From: Haliotis rufescens
Taxonomy: Eukaryota
Direction of reading: 5' to 3'
NCBI RefSeq assembly: GCF_023055435.1
Contig: NW_025964334.1
Span: forward strand, 11,656,001-11,720,000
Length of the DNA: 64,000 nucleotides
Position 1 is the first letter of the stretch. Every line of letters begins with the position of its first letter. Shown piece after piece: positions 10,568 to 23,079 of the stretch. The notes under the pieces are model-generated. The model was given only the letters and a program-made list of their open reading frames with translations. It searched no databases and was not told where the DNA came from. The position numbers were made by a program, and so were the translations under genes.

Positions 10568-13500
10568 AGCATGGCGTGGATAGCATGACTGGGGTTGTCA
10601 TGGTTTGCATGAGTAGGGTTGACGTGGATAGCATGGCTGGAGTTTTCATGGCTAGTATGGCTGGGGTTGACGTGGATAGCATGACTGGGGTTCTCATGGC
10701 TAGTATGGCTGAGGTTGACGTGGATAGCATGACTGGGGTTGTCATGGTTTGCATGATTGGGGTTGACGTGGATAGCATGGCTAGGGTTCTCATGGCTAGT
10801 ATGACTGGGGTTGACGTGGATAGCATGGCTGGGGTTGACGTGGCTAGTATGGCTGGGCTTGTCATGGTATGCATGATTAGGCTTGTCCTGGTATGCATGA
10901 TTGGGCTTGTCATGGTATGTATGATTGGGCTTGTCATGGTATGCATGATTTGGGCTGACGTGGATAGCATTACTGGGGTTGTCATGGTTAGCATGAATGG
11001 GGTTGACGTGGATAGCATGATTGGGTTCTCATGGCTAGCATGGCTGGGGTTCTCATTGCTAGTATGGCTGGGGTTGTCGTGGTATGCATGATTGGGCTTG
11101 TCATGGTATGCATTATTTTGGTTGACGTGGTTAGCATGGCTGGGGTTAGCATGGTAAGCATGACGGGGGTTGACGTGGATAGCATGACTGGGGTTGTCAT
11201 GGTTAGCATGACTGGGGTTGACGTTGATAGCATGACTGGGGTTGTCATGGTTAGCATGACGGGGGTTGACGTGGATAGCATGACTGGGGTTGTCGTGGTT
11301 AGCATGATTGGGGTTGACGTTGATAGCATGACTGGGGTTGTCATGGTTAGCATGACTGGGGTTGTCGTGGATAGCATGACAAGGGTTGTCGTGGATAGCA
11401 TTGGCTGGGGTTGTCATGGTAAGCATGACTGGGGTTGACGTTGATAGCATGACTGGGGTTGTCGTGGTTAGCATGATTGGGCTTGTCCTGGTATGCATGA
11501 TTGGGCTTGTCATGGTATGCATGATTGGGCTTGTCATGGTATGCATGATTGGGCTTGTCATGGTATGCATGATTGGGGCTGACGTGGATAGCACGACTGG
11601 GGTTGTCATGGTTAGCATGAATGGGGTTGACGTGGATAGCATGATTGGGTTCTCATGGCTAGCATGGCTGGGGTTCTCATGGCTAGTATGGCTGGGGTTG
11701 TCATGGTATGCATGATTGGGCTTGTCATGGTATGCATTATTTGGGTTGACGTGGTTAGCATGGCTGGGGTTATCATGGTAAGCATGACGGGGGTTGACGT
11801 GGATAGCATTGCTGGGGTTGTCGTGGTTAGCATGATTGGGGTTGACGTTGATAGCATGACTGGGGTTGTCGTGGATAGCATGGCTGGGGTAATCATGGTA
11901 AGCATGACGGGGGTAGACGTGGATAGTATGACTGGGGTTGTCGTGGTTAGCATGGCTGGGGTTTTCATGGTTAGCAAGACTGGGGTTGGCGTGGTTAGAT
12001 TGTCACGGTTTGCTGGCGTTGTTAGGGTTGACATGGCTAGAGGAGTTTTGGGTTGACATGGCTAGTGGTGTTGAGGTTGACATGGCTAGGATTGTTGGGG
12101 TTGACATGGCTAGCGTTGTTGAGGTTGACATGGCTAGGGTGGTTGGAGTTGACATGTCAAGCATGAGTGGGGTTACATGGTTAGCATAGCTAGAGTTGTT
12201 GGGTTTGACATGGTTCACATGGTTAGCGTTGTTGAGGTTGACGTGGCTAGGGTGGTTAGGGTTGACATGGCTAGCATGAGTGGGGTTACATGGCTAGCAT
12301 AGCTAGGGTTGTTGAGGTTAACATGGCTAGGATTTTTTAGGGTTACATGGCTAGTGTGGCTAGGGTTGTTGGGTTTGACCTGGCTAGCATGAGTGGCGTT
12401 ACATGGCTAGCATGGCCAGGGTTCTTGGGGTTGACATGACTAGCATGAGTGGGGTTACATGACTAGCGTGGCTGGAGTTCTTGGGGTTGACATGACTAGC
12501 ATGATTGGGGTTACGTGGCTAGCATGGCCAGTGTTCTTGGGGTTGACATGACTAGCATGAGTGGGGTTACATGGCCGGCACGGTTAGGGTTGTTGAGGGT
12601 GACATGGCTAGCGTGGCTAGGGTTGTTGGGGTTGACATGGCTAGGATTTGTTGGGGTTATATTGCTAGCGTGGCTAGGGTTGTTGGGGTTACATGGCCAG
12701 CACGGCAAGGGTTGTTGAGGTTGACATGGCTAGGATGTGTTTGGGCTACATGGCTAGCTTGGCGGGGGTTGACGTTGATAGCATGACTGGGGTTGTCATG
12801 GTTAGCATGACGGGGGTTGACGTGGATAGCATGACTGGGGTTGTCGTGGTTAGCATGATTGGGGTTGACGTTGATAGCATGACTGGGGTTGTCATGGTTA
12901 GCATGACTGGGCTTGACGTGGATAGCATGGCTAGGGTTGTCGTGGATAGCATTGGCTGGGGTTGTCATGGTAAGCATGACTGGGGTTGACGTTGATAGCA
13001 TTGGCTGGGGTTGTCGTGGTTAGCATGATTGGGCTTGTTCTGGTAAACATGATTGGGCTTGTCATGGTATGCATGATTGGGCTTGTCATGGCATCCATGA
13101 TTGGGCTTGTCATGGTATGCATGATTGGGGCTGACGTGGATAGCACGACTGGGGTTGTCATGGTAAGCATGAATTGGGTTGACGTGGATAGCATGATTGG
13201 GGTTATCATGGTAAGCATGATTGGGGTTGACGTTGATAGCATGGCTGGGGTTGTCGTGGTTAGCATGATTGGGGTTGACGTTGATAGCATGACTGGAGTT
13301 GTCATGGTTAGCATGACTGGGGTTGACGTGGATAGCATGGCTTGGGTAATCATGGTAAGCATGACGGGGGTTGACGTGGATAGCATGACTGGGGTTGTCG
13401 GCCAGCACGGCAAGGGTTGTTAAGGTTGACATGGCTAGGATGTGTTTGGGCTACATGGCTAGCTTGGCTGGGGTTGTTGGGGTTACATGGCTAGCGTGGC

Positions 13501-13862
13501 TAGGATGTGTTGGGGTTACATGGCTAGCGTGGCTAGGGTTGTTGAGGTTGACATGGCTAGCGTGGCTAGGGTTGTTGAGGTTGACATGGCTAGCGTGGCT
13601 AGGGTTGTTGGGGTTGACATGGCTAGGATGTGTTGGGGCTTGCGTGGCAAGGGTTGTTGGGGTTACATGGCCAGCATGGCTAGGGTTGTTGAGGTTGACA
13701 TGGCTAGGATGTGTTGGGGTTACATGGCTAGCTTGGCTAGGGTTGTTGGGGGCATTGTTGGGTTAGACATGGTTGCAGTTGCTATGGCTAGCGTTTTGGG
13801 AGTTGATATGGCTAGCATGTTGGGGGTTGACACGATTGAGGTTGACAAGGCTAGAATTGCTT
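10568..13862. repeat. Compound 24-bp satellite with two subfamilies and higher-order duplications
   Basis: Type A GATAGCATGACTGGGGTTGACGTG (about 10570-11990 and 12765-13398); type B CATGGCTAGGGTTGTTGGGGTTGA (about 11990-12765 and 13400-13860). Confidence 0.95.
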
Positions 13863-13984
13863 GAGTTGTTACAAAAACAAGGGCGACCCCGGAGCCCTAG
13901 ATGACTACAGTTATATCAATTACCAGTTGTTTGGGCAAAATCTGCACCTCCATTTAGAGTAACCAACTACAAGCCATCCCTAAC

Positions 13985-15790
13985 AAAATAACTAACATTC
14001 TGTTGTGTATTTGTTGATTTTAATAAGGCATTTGATATGGTTTGGCGTTATGAAATGATTCAAAGTAATTGGATTCACCTATAAATTATTTAATGTTATC
14101 AATAACATGTACAACACATGAAAACGTGTTTCTCATAATGGCAATGTAACTGCGTTTGTTTCCATGTAACACTGGAGTAAGGCAAGGTGAGAATATGTTG
14201 CCATTTATCTTGGCCCTTTATCTAAATGACCTTAAGTCATTTTTGCCAGATAAGGATATCATCGGTCAGGAAATTGTTAATGGTTCTGTTTTAAAAGAAA
14301 TTGAAAGGTTTATTAAGCCTTTGGAAATGCTCTATGTCAATTATACTGTCCCTATTTCTGAGACAATTTGAAATATGTTTCAAAGCATTGGAAACTCAAG
14401 GTCAACACTGCAAAAGCGAAAAACACTATCATTAATTGTACATTTTGGGTGTTTTTCTTATTGTATGTCAAGCAAACGATCTTGTAAAGTCATTAAACGG
14501 TTATTTGACAAATCCAATGTTTGATATTTTAAGAAACATCAAACATTTTAGAAACATGCGATTTTTAGAAGTAAATATTGACTGTCAACATAAATTATTT
14601 GACCAACTTCTCCAACCCATTTTGTTGTTATGGATAGGAGGTCTGGGGCCACGAATATACTATTGTACCGGAGCGCGTTCATTTAGGGTATTGTATTGGA
14701 TAATATATTTTCAATGTAAAGGAAATAACTCCTGATTCTATCTTGTACGGCGAGATATCCAGTGAACATTCTTGTTAGCTTAAGAAAGCTATCATATAGG
14801 TGTAAATTGAGTGAGTGAGTGAGTGAGTTGGGTTTAACGCCGCTTTTAACACTATTCCAGTTATATCGCGGCGTGTCAGCTTAATGTGGGAGGAAAGCCC
14901 GAAGTGATGAAGGTCTCAGACGTTTACCACTTCGGTGAAACCCACGAGCACGGGTATGGTGCTGACAAACCTAGAAACATAATCGGGGCGAACCGGGATT
15001 CGAACCCAAGGGACGCAACTCTGCACAGCGAATCGCGGCGCCTTAGACGACTGGGCCACCCGTGCCCCCTAGGTGTAAATTGGTTCTAGCAGAAACTATA
15101 TTATCAGGTATAACGTACAAACATATGCTGAAACTTCAAATTTCCAACCAGAGTCCCAGTTCCTTCTTGTAAAATGAAGGTCAACATAGTTTACAATGTA
15201 CATTTTTGTATTGAATTTGTCTGTCTCAGGAATTTCCAAGTGGTCACTGGTTAAACGCTAAACTCAAAAATGGCCTTATCGATAAAGTTTTACAAAGTTG
15301 GATGCGAAATAAAGTTAATTCATCAAAAAGACATTATTATATTATGTATATAGATACCCAATCGTCTGAGGCGATTCAATTCTGTGTGCAGAGTTGCGTC
15401 CAGTGGGCACGCAAGAAAGCTTTAATCGTGAGTTCAAATCACCCCTGATAATGTTTCTAGGTTTGTCAGCATCAGAACCGCGCTGGTGGGTTCGCTAAAG
15501 TAGTAAACGTCTAAAACCTGCACCACTTCGGGCTTTCATCCCACATCAAGCTAACACGCCGTGATATAACTGGAATAAAGTTCCAAGGGGGGTCAAACAC
15601 AACTCACTCAGTCATTTAAAGGAAGATTTTTTACTGTATTTACCTCTTAATTTACCATGATTAGAACCTCCAACCATCGACACCCATTTAAAACATGTGG
15701 ATGGTAAAATATCAATATGTAGATAGGCTTTGCTCACTTTGTAAAGTTAATGTTGGTGATAAAAAATAATTCATTGTACTAGTATCTTTC
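13985..15790 (+). mobile_element. Heavily decayed RTE-X-like LINE interrupted by family C SINEs
   Basis: FVDF.KAFD-like stretch near 14010, GVRQGENMLPFILALYLNDL, KLFDQLLQPILL. Confidence 0.75.
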
Positions 15791-15829
15791 TTTTTAAAAA
15801 TAGACGGTTGTTATTTGTTTTATGGATTT

Positions 15830-17620
15830 ACTATGTATACTATGGTTTAACTTTATTTCTACTGTTTTTATATACAATCTGTTTTACAATAAGAGTATTC
15901 GTATTTAATGGATTATTGTTTATGCCCTTGAAACAAACAAATAATGTTTTCATTTGTAAATTGAACTTTTCCCTCAGAGATTGTATTTAGCCAGTTCGTC
16001 ATGTTCCCACACACATCCCTCACGTATTTACATCCACACATCATATGCATTACTGTTTCTGGTTCAGCTGTGCAGAAAGTACACATGGGTGTATCCACAT
16101 ATCAAATCTTGTACAGGAAACTTTTGGTGGCCAAATGTTGTGTAAAACTTTAAACTCAAACTTTGCACCGAGAAGCCATAAAATAAATATTTTCCTGTTC
16201 TTCTTTTTCAATATTCCAAGAAAAACTTTTTCCCGAATTTGTTTTGTTTTTAAAACTTGCATCTAATAAAGTTTGATCATACCCTTTCTTTTCAATTCCT
16301 GGTGCCGCCAGATTAAATGAAAGAAGTGGACAGTCCAGAGGCCTTTTTGTTTATCCTTCATTTGTTTCATCAAATATGCTTTGATAGATGTTCTCAGATC
16401 TTGGAATCTTAGATAATCTACAGATATATTGTGGGGTTTGGGGGAATTCTGCAAGATTACACAATGTACCATCTTTATTCATAAAATCGTTTATATTTTT
16501 TTTTCCCTTCACCAGATCATATATTAAAAACTGATTCACTATTTATTGCTGTGTTGGTATTGTACCACACTGATCTCTCCAAAATAAGTAAACAAGTGGT
16601 TTAGCTTGGGAAGAAGTAAGGATTTGAGTATAACGTTTCTTCCCACTGGTGTCAAGTTTTTAGCTGACCATAATTTCATTTCTTTTTTCTATTGAAATTA
16701 TTTTCTCATCATAATTTATCCATATGTTTTTCCAAGTCTATATCGAAATGGACACCCAGTAAGGTAAATTATGTTTGGGTCCAGTCCAAATTTCATTATT
16801 TACATAGCTAAACACCAGGATCTTGTTTTTGACCGTATCCATAACTTTGTTTTTTTCTGTATTCACCTTAAATCCTGAAAATATGGCAAAAAATTGTACC
16901 GTCTTTATTGCTGCATACATTCCTTTCTCTGATCCATCTAACATGAGTGTAGTGTCATCTGCACATTGTGCCAATATAAGTTCTATGCATCCGATCTTTA
17001 TACCCCTATTTTTCTTTTCTTTACCTATCAATAGTGCCAAAATGTTATTCACATAAAACAAATATATATGGTGAGACTGGATCCCTCTGGCGGCAAACTG
17101 TTGTAATTGAAAAAAAACGTGCTGGCCATTCCGTTAACTAAAACACTAGATTCTATTCCATCTAAAAATAGAGACCCGTTTTTTCGCAAACTAGTCCTAA
17201 AAATTAAAAAAATGTTGCAAATCCATCATACATTTTACCAGATTATTCCAAAAGAATTAATAAATTCTGCTTGTCAATCCATCCGGGCCCGAATTTTTTC
17301 ATTTTTCATTTTTTTCATATGAAGCTCCTTCATGAAACATTTTCCTTCAAGGGTTTCTAATATATTTTCAGTTAGTTTTTGTATTTCTATATTTGCAAAT
17401 AGCTTTTCTAAATTTACTTGAGTACAATCTTCAGCGGTGTATAGCTTCTTGTAATATGTTCTAGTTCCATCCAATATCTCTTTTATGGTGATGAATTTAA
17501 TTGTATATAAGAATGTTGTGAATTGGATCATTTAAGAAAAAGACATTGTCCATCATATCATGGTAGATAAGTATTTTCCTTATGGCATGCTCTTGTGAAC
17601 CTCTTCTTAAGCTTAGTATG
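15830..17620 (-). mobile_element. Decayed L1/Tx1-like LINE ORF2 fragment
   Basis: YYKKLY, RQRDP.SPY.F, LAQCADDTTL and C-terminal CTFC..PETVMHMMCGC zinc knuckle across broken frames. Confidence 0.82.
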
Positions 17621-18454
17621 TTAAATGTGGATTGCGTATGCTCCACTAATTATTGTCTCATTATTGTGTATGTTTTCCTGACAACTTCTCAATATCACCA
17701 CCGTGATTCATGAGAATAAACATCTTCTTTTTCTTCTCCTTCTTCGGTTCTCGTGGCAGGTTGACATGGTTAGTCTAACTCCTTCCCGGCGCGTGACACC
17801 TCTGTTGCACTCTCGGTAACATCGCTGCCACTAGTGTGGGAGCGGCCATCTTGAAATTTGCCCTCTAATCCAAAATATAGTAAAGTTTATACTTGGTTTA
17901 TGCCTTTCGGAATGCAATCATAGTTAATTTTGAAGATTTACGACTGATCATATTGCCTACATGAATGTACCTTTTTGTTTGTTTGATCAGATTGGTTCGA
18001 GATTGCAGACGAACGGAAAATCACCCGACTTCCCCCTTACTTTCTTACTATATAATAGTTGTAATGAATCAGAAATTCAAATTGACAAACAAAGAAAATA
18101 TTTAAGCAAGGGGTAAGAGTATTCGGCGTCACGGCAGTCATCATTTGTTTTGTAAACATAACGGTCCGTCGGTTGTCGAGTTCAATTCCAAGCATGGTCG
18201 TAGCCACCTATCACGGTGGGGAGCTTTCACTGATGGCAGCGATAGTATAGAGAGCTCCGTGAACGGGAAATCGCTGTGAGGATCTTGATGGTTAGTGTAG
18301 CCATGACGCCCAATGGGATCTTTTGTCAGATAATCAGGCCTGGTTACTCCCTGGTGTTGTCGTTTTATGTATATGGAGTTACATTTCTAGCATGGTTAGG
18401 GTTGACTTGACGAGGGTATACATGGCGAGAATGACGGGCTGACATGGCTACGTA

Positions 18455-19000
18455 CACGGTCGATACTGTTCCACCCACTCACAGAAACCAACTTAAGAAC
18501 GTTGCATTAGAAGCTTAATATCTGCTCAAAGTTAACTTTGGTATGACAAAATCATCCATGAATGTATCCAGACAGAATCGTTGCACATCATTGACAGAGA
18601 GCACAACGACGTTTACTACTGAGGATTACAACAACTGAATGCACATGTGCCCCCTCGGCGTCAAAGACGTCGTTTGACGGCCGAAGAAATAGGCAGATGT
18701 ATAGGCATGCTTGAAACTAGTCAACACAACGTCACGTTGCAAACGTCTTTGGTGTCGGCAGGGCATAGACTAGATACCAGACGTTTAGATCAGCCACTCG
18801 GTGACATGCAGTGGTCGACAGCGTTCCACCACACAGCGGGAACTCAGGTTTCTCCTGATAGTACCAAGACGTCATCGCCAATGGCGTTGACATTTCTATT
18901 CCGACAGTGCGTGGTCATCTCCGTGAGGTTGGTCTCCGGTCATGGAGGGCGTCAATTCGCATCCCACTGACCCGACATCACAGGCAGGCAAGTTTGGATC
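18455..19000 (+). mobile_element. Decayed Tc1-like transposase 5' fragment
   Basis: PPRRQRRRLTAEEIGRCIGMLE N-terminus and LTRHHRQA remnant resemble the Tc1 at 21887. Confidence 0.65.
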
Positions 19001-19384
19001 GGGCTGAAGATTTGTCAACCGGAGCGAATCAAGGGAAAGCTTCAGTATTTTTAACAAGTTTACTTTCCATTCTATAATTAGACCTGAATAATATCTATCA
19101 CTTTGTCCAACAGTTCTTAAGTTGTCTGACAAAATGACTGACTGTGTATGGCTGTGGGTTTGTAATTGGACAATCATGTGAAGGAAATGATATGTGACGA
19201 CAGGTTAATTGCGACATCATAAATAAAGCAAATTACGGAAGCGGTAGAACATAAGACGATACACGCCAAGGTATTACCCAAATGGAGAATAGAGTGTAAA
19301 TGGATTCGAACGCGTCACGTCCAGTTCTTTTAAACAGCAATCCATATTTTAAGTTCTCTGAGGGTAAACTAGAAACTGTATGTT

Positions 19385-19651
19385 GGTTGGTTGGTTTGTT
19401 GTTTAACGCCGCACTCAGCAATATTCCAGCTATATGACGGCGGTCTGTAAATAATCGACTCTGGACCAGACAATCCAGTGATTAATATCATGCGCATCGA
19501 TCCACGCAATTGGGATTGATGACATGTATCAACCAAGTCAGCGAGTCTGACCACCCGATCCCGTTAGTCGCCTTTTACGACAAGCATAGTCACCTTTTAC
19601 GGCAAGCATGGGTTGCTGAAGACCTATTCTACCCCGGAATCTTCACGGGTC
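19385..19651 (-). mobile_element. Family A short retroposon, full-length copy
   Basis: Begins GACCCGTGAAGATTCCGGGGTAGAATAGGTCTTCAGCAACCC, ends GCTGGAATATTGCTGAGTGCGGCGTTAAACAACAAACCAACC; TSD AGAAACTGTATGTT. Confidence 0.92.
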
Positions 19652-20561
19652 AGAAACTGTATGTTCACGTTGTGGCATACCATTGTCTTTTTAAGGCGGC
19701 AACACTTCATCGATGAGAATTCGAAACATCTCAAGAAGAAAAATTCAAACTGATCAACAATTCTGCATTACAAATGCAAAACAATCGACTTTCCTAAACT
19801 TCACGAAAAAGGTGACATATTACAAACTTCACTATTGAACTTACCGCCAGTAATAACGACCTTATTATACCAACTGTATTGACTACGGGAGCCTACAGTA
19901 TGACGTTCAATGGTCGAAATGTGTTTGAAAATACAGGGAATGTGAATTTGAATTTGTAAAAGGTGAATCAATCTAATACACAATGATCAGTCCAATAATG
20001 CTGAACAGCGTTTTCTATTTTTGGCACCACACTTTTTACAGCAGCTCACCGAATAGTCAACCTCTGGCCCGCCAGATAACACAGCACAGTGTCACCATAT
20101 CAAATAGCTGGTCCCTTACGATAGACAGTGAGAATAAAACAGGTACATCCGAAACACAACAATATACTATTGCGAGTTCTCTATGTACTAGGTCCCCAGA
20201 AAGCTTGCAAGAGGCGACTAACAAGATCGGGTTGTCAGGCTCGGTGAATTTTATCGTATTGGAACAATATTCATGGATTGTCTGGTCCAGACTCGATTAT
20301 TTACAGACCGCCGATGTAGCTGGAATATTTCTGAGTGCGGTGTTAAACAATAAACAAACAAAAACTATATGTAATAAACTGCAGGGTAAAAGAAAGCATA
20401 CACGCGCGTTTGATGGTGGCTAAATATGAAACGAACAAGAAATGGTACAGAAATTGACAGAAACCTACAGAAACCAATGGCGGATGAAGCATTTTTAAAA
20501 TGGAGGGGTCCAAAATATGAAAATCCTCATACCAGGGGGACATACCCTGGAAAACACGCAC

Positions 20562-20742
20562 GATCATTTCTACTGTTTGTAAAATGTAACCTTTCTCTGT
20601 AAAAGGCAATTTATATTTCAGTATGTTCTACGCACAGTAACACCTACGTCGATCATAAAGACGTGGGCGTGAATGGCTGCAACACAGCGTCTGCGACCAC
20701 GACGACGGCTCAGGCATGTTGGGAAATCCACCATCGAGATTA
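20562..20742 (+). pseudogene. Truncated duplicate of the terminal PAN exon with its upstream intron
   Basis: Matches about 10103-10268 including ~60 nt of intron; acceptor at 20621; CSTHSNTYVDHKDVGVNGCNTASATTTTAQACWE, then homology is lost and a stop follows. Confidence 0.85.
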
Positions 20743-21204
20743 GAAACAAACACAAGAAACTTCGACGCGAGAGTACAACAACGTCAAAGTCATTGTTTTG
20801 CATTGTATTTTGAAACATGTGGATGAGGGAGCGTGACGCTGAATGACCGTTTATGTGTTTCCCTTAAAAGCCCCAAGGACCTTTTCACAAACAACTTACT
20901 GTAAAAGGCGCTGTCCAGCGATAGCCCAGAGACAACTGGAACTGGCATTGTGAATGGTTCTGTGTGGTTCGGGCCGCGAATCAGCCATCTGGAACACACC
21001 TGGCGTCTCGTTCGTTTGGTGCATGCATTGAACGATAACAAAACTTGTGGAACTTCTTCTCTTCAAAACAAGTAGGGAGTCATGAAATATAAATGTTAAG
21101 ATCATTGCAGGAGGTGAGGTGAAATGGGGTTTAACGCCGCGTTCAAGATTATGTACAGAATCGTTGAAACGGTTAATTAATTATATATAAACCACGAGGC
21201 GCGT

Positions 21205-21273
<69 letters not shown>

Positions 21274-21580
21274 TAATCCATACAAACGCCGATATAATTG
21301 TGCTAAATGACTGAGGCAAAATGCCGCAGTTTAACATGAATACCCGACTCTGGCACAGAAAACTAACTCCGAGCCGACCAGTCCTTGTTTTATCCCCTCA
21401 ATGCGAGCGCCGTGCAGGGTAACAACAAGTACTATCGTATAACGTCTTTTGGTATGACGCGGCCTTGGATCGAACCCGATCTTTCGCTCTCCAGGCGGAC
21501 GCTCTACCACAAGCCCACGGAGGCGGTCTCTAAGGCAAGAACGTTTATGTCTGTGAAACATAACACCAAAACAAATGCTA

Positions 21581-23079
21581 TACTAGCCACATTAAGAAAC
21601 TGTGCACGGAGAAAATATAGATATAAGGGCACACCGTCCATATATGAAATATAGGTTTGAACACAGCAATTATTGGAGACATTCAAACGCTCATGCACGT
21701 GCCATGCGATATGACGTCATTGTTGGGGGCCTATGGACGTGCAATGTGTTACTGCACGTGCATCCTGTGCAGCTGTACACAGCATGTGCAACTCAAAATT
21801 CGCTGTCACTTTGGAAAGCATGATCTGTGGTCATTCAAAAATTCAAAACTTCTCAGGCGCAGACACAAGCATATTACAAGCAAATCATGCCAAGATTGAC
21901 AGCTGCACAGCGTCATGAAGCCATTGGAATGATCCGAGCGAGAATGAGGCAACAACAGGTGGCAACACATTTCCAATGCCATCGTAACACGATATCGGCA
22001 TTGGTGAGGCGTTATCAGAACACAAATTACGTTGCTGACCACCCACGTTCAGGACGTCCCCGAGTAACGACGCCAAGACAGGACAGATGGATTCGAGTTA
22101 CACATCTCCGACACAGGTTCCAAACGGCAGTAACGACGTCCCAGACAATTCCTGGACTGCGCCGTATCCATTCCAACACTGTCAGGAATCGTTTACGTCA
22201 GTACGGGATTCGACCACGACGCCCTGCCATACGTCCCATCCTGACACACCGTCATCGAGTAAACCGTCTAAGATGGTGTCGAAATCATGTTCGCAAACCT
22301 CGAATATGGTGGGGAAATGTTGTCTTTACAGATGAATCGAGGTTCAACATTTCCCACAGTGACGGGCGCCAACGTGTCTACCGGCGTTTGGGAGAACGTT
22401 ATGCACGCAACTGTATTGTGGAGAGGAATCGTTTTGGAGGTGGCTCTGTGATGATTTGGGGTGGGATCACAGCACGGCACCGAACCCCTTTGGTGGTTGC
22501 TCAGGACAATCTCACCGGTGTTGGCTACAGAGATCAGATTCTGAGGCCTGTGGTCATTCCTTTCCTGCAACGTCATGGCCCGGGATTGACATTTCAACAG
22601 GACAACGCTCGTCCTCACACGGCTAGGGTCGCAATGGATTTCCTTCATCATAACAATGTCATGTTACTGCCATGGCCTGCAGTTTCTCCAGATCTCTCCC
22701 CAATAGAGCATGTGTGGGATGAAATGGAGCGCCGTCTGCGTCGTCTTCCACATCCTCCAGATAACGTCCGTGACTTGGCACAGGATTTGAGGAGGATATG
22801 GCATGCCCATTTGGTGTACTCCATGCGTCGCCGATGCACTGCTGTGATTCACGCAGAGGGTGGTCATACCCGTTATTGACTTTGTGACTTTGTCGTATGA
22901 CCCCCTACTCCATTTTGATCTTCTGACGTCATCGTAACAGATGTTGTTCAGGTCCCGTTGACATTTTCTTATGGTCCGATCATTCAGCTGCTACAGCGTC
23001 TGCATCATTTGTTCTTGCTGTGTTGTATTTCAATCCAGAATATATTTTCTCCGTGCACAGTTTCTTTATGTGGCTAGTA
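21581..23079 (+). mobile_element. Full-length Tc1 (DD34E) DNA transposon
   Basis: TIR TACTAGCCACATTAAGAAACTGTGCACGGAGAAAATATA / TATATTTTCTCCGTGCACAGTTTCTTTATGTGGCTAGTA (one mismatch); TA TSD. Confidence 0.96.
21887..22879 (+). CDS. Tc1 transposase, 330 aa
   Basis: Paired-like HTH with GRPR linker, VVFTDESRF, FQQDNARPH, PDLSPIEHVW (D-34-E), GGHTRY end. Confidence 0.95.
   Translation: MPRLTAAQRHEAIGMIRARMRQQQVATHFQCHRNTISALVRRYQNTNYVADHPRSGRPRVTTPRQDRWIRVTHLRHRFQTAVTTSQTIPGLRRIHSNTVRNRLRQYGIRPRRPAIRPILTHRHRVNRLRWCRNHVRKPRIWWGNVVFTDESRFNISHSDGRQRVYRRLGERYARNCIVERNRFGGGSVMIWGGITARHRTPLVVAQDNLTGVGYRDQILRPVVIPFLQRHGPGLTFQQDNARPHTARVAMDFLHHNNVMLLPWPAVSPDLSPIEHVWDEMERRLRRLPHPPDNVRDLAQDLRRIWHAHLVYSMRRRCTAVIHAEGGHTRY

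Noticed and set aside
10437-13864. Mucin-like Thr/Pro/Met-rich ORFs
   Set aside because: Overlapping ORFs on both strands with frequent frameshifts; a by-product of the 24-bp satellite.
19610-19651. Hammerhead ribozyme (CTGAAGA fits CUGANGA) antisense to family A
   Set aside because: No GAAA after a stem II and no stem III with an NUH site.
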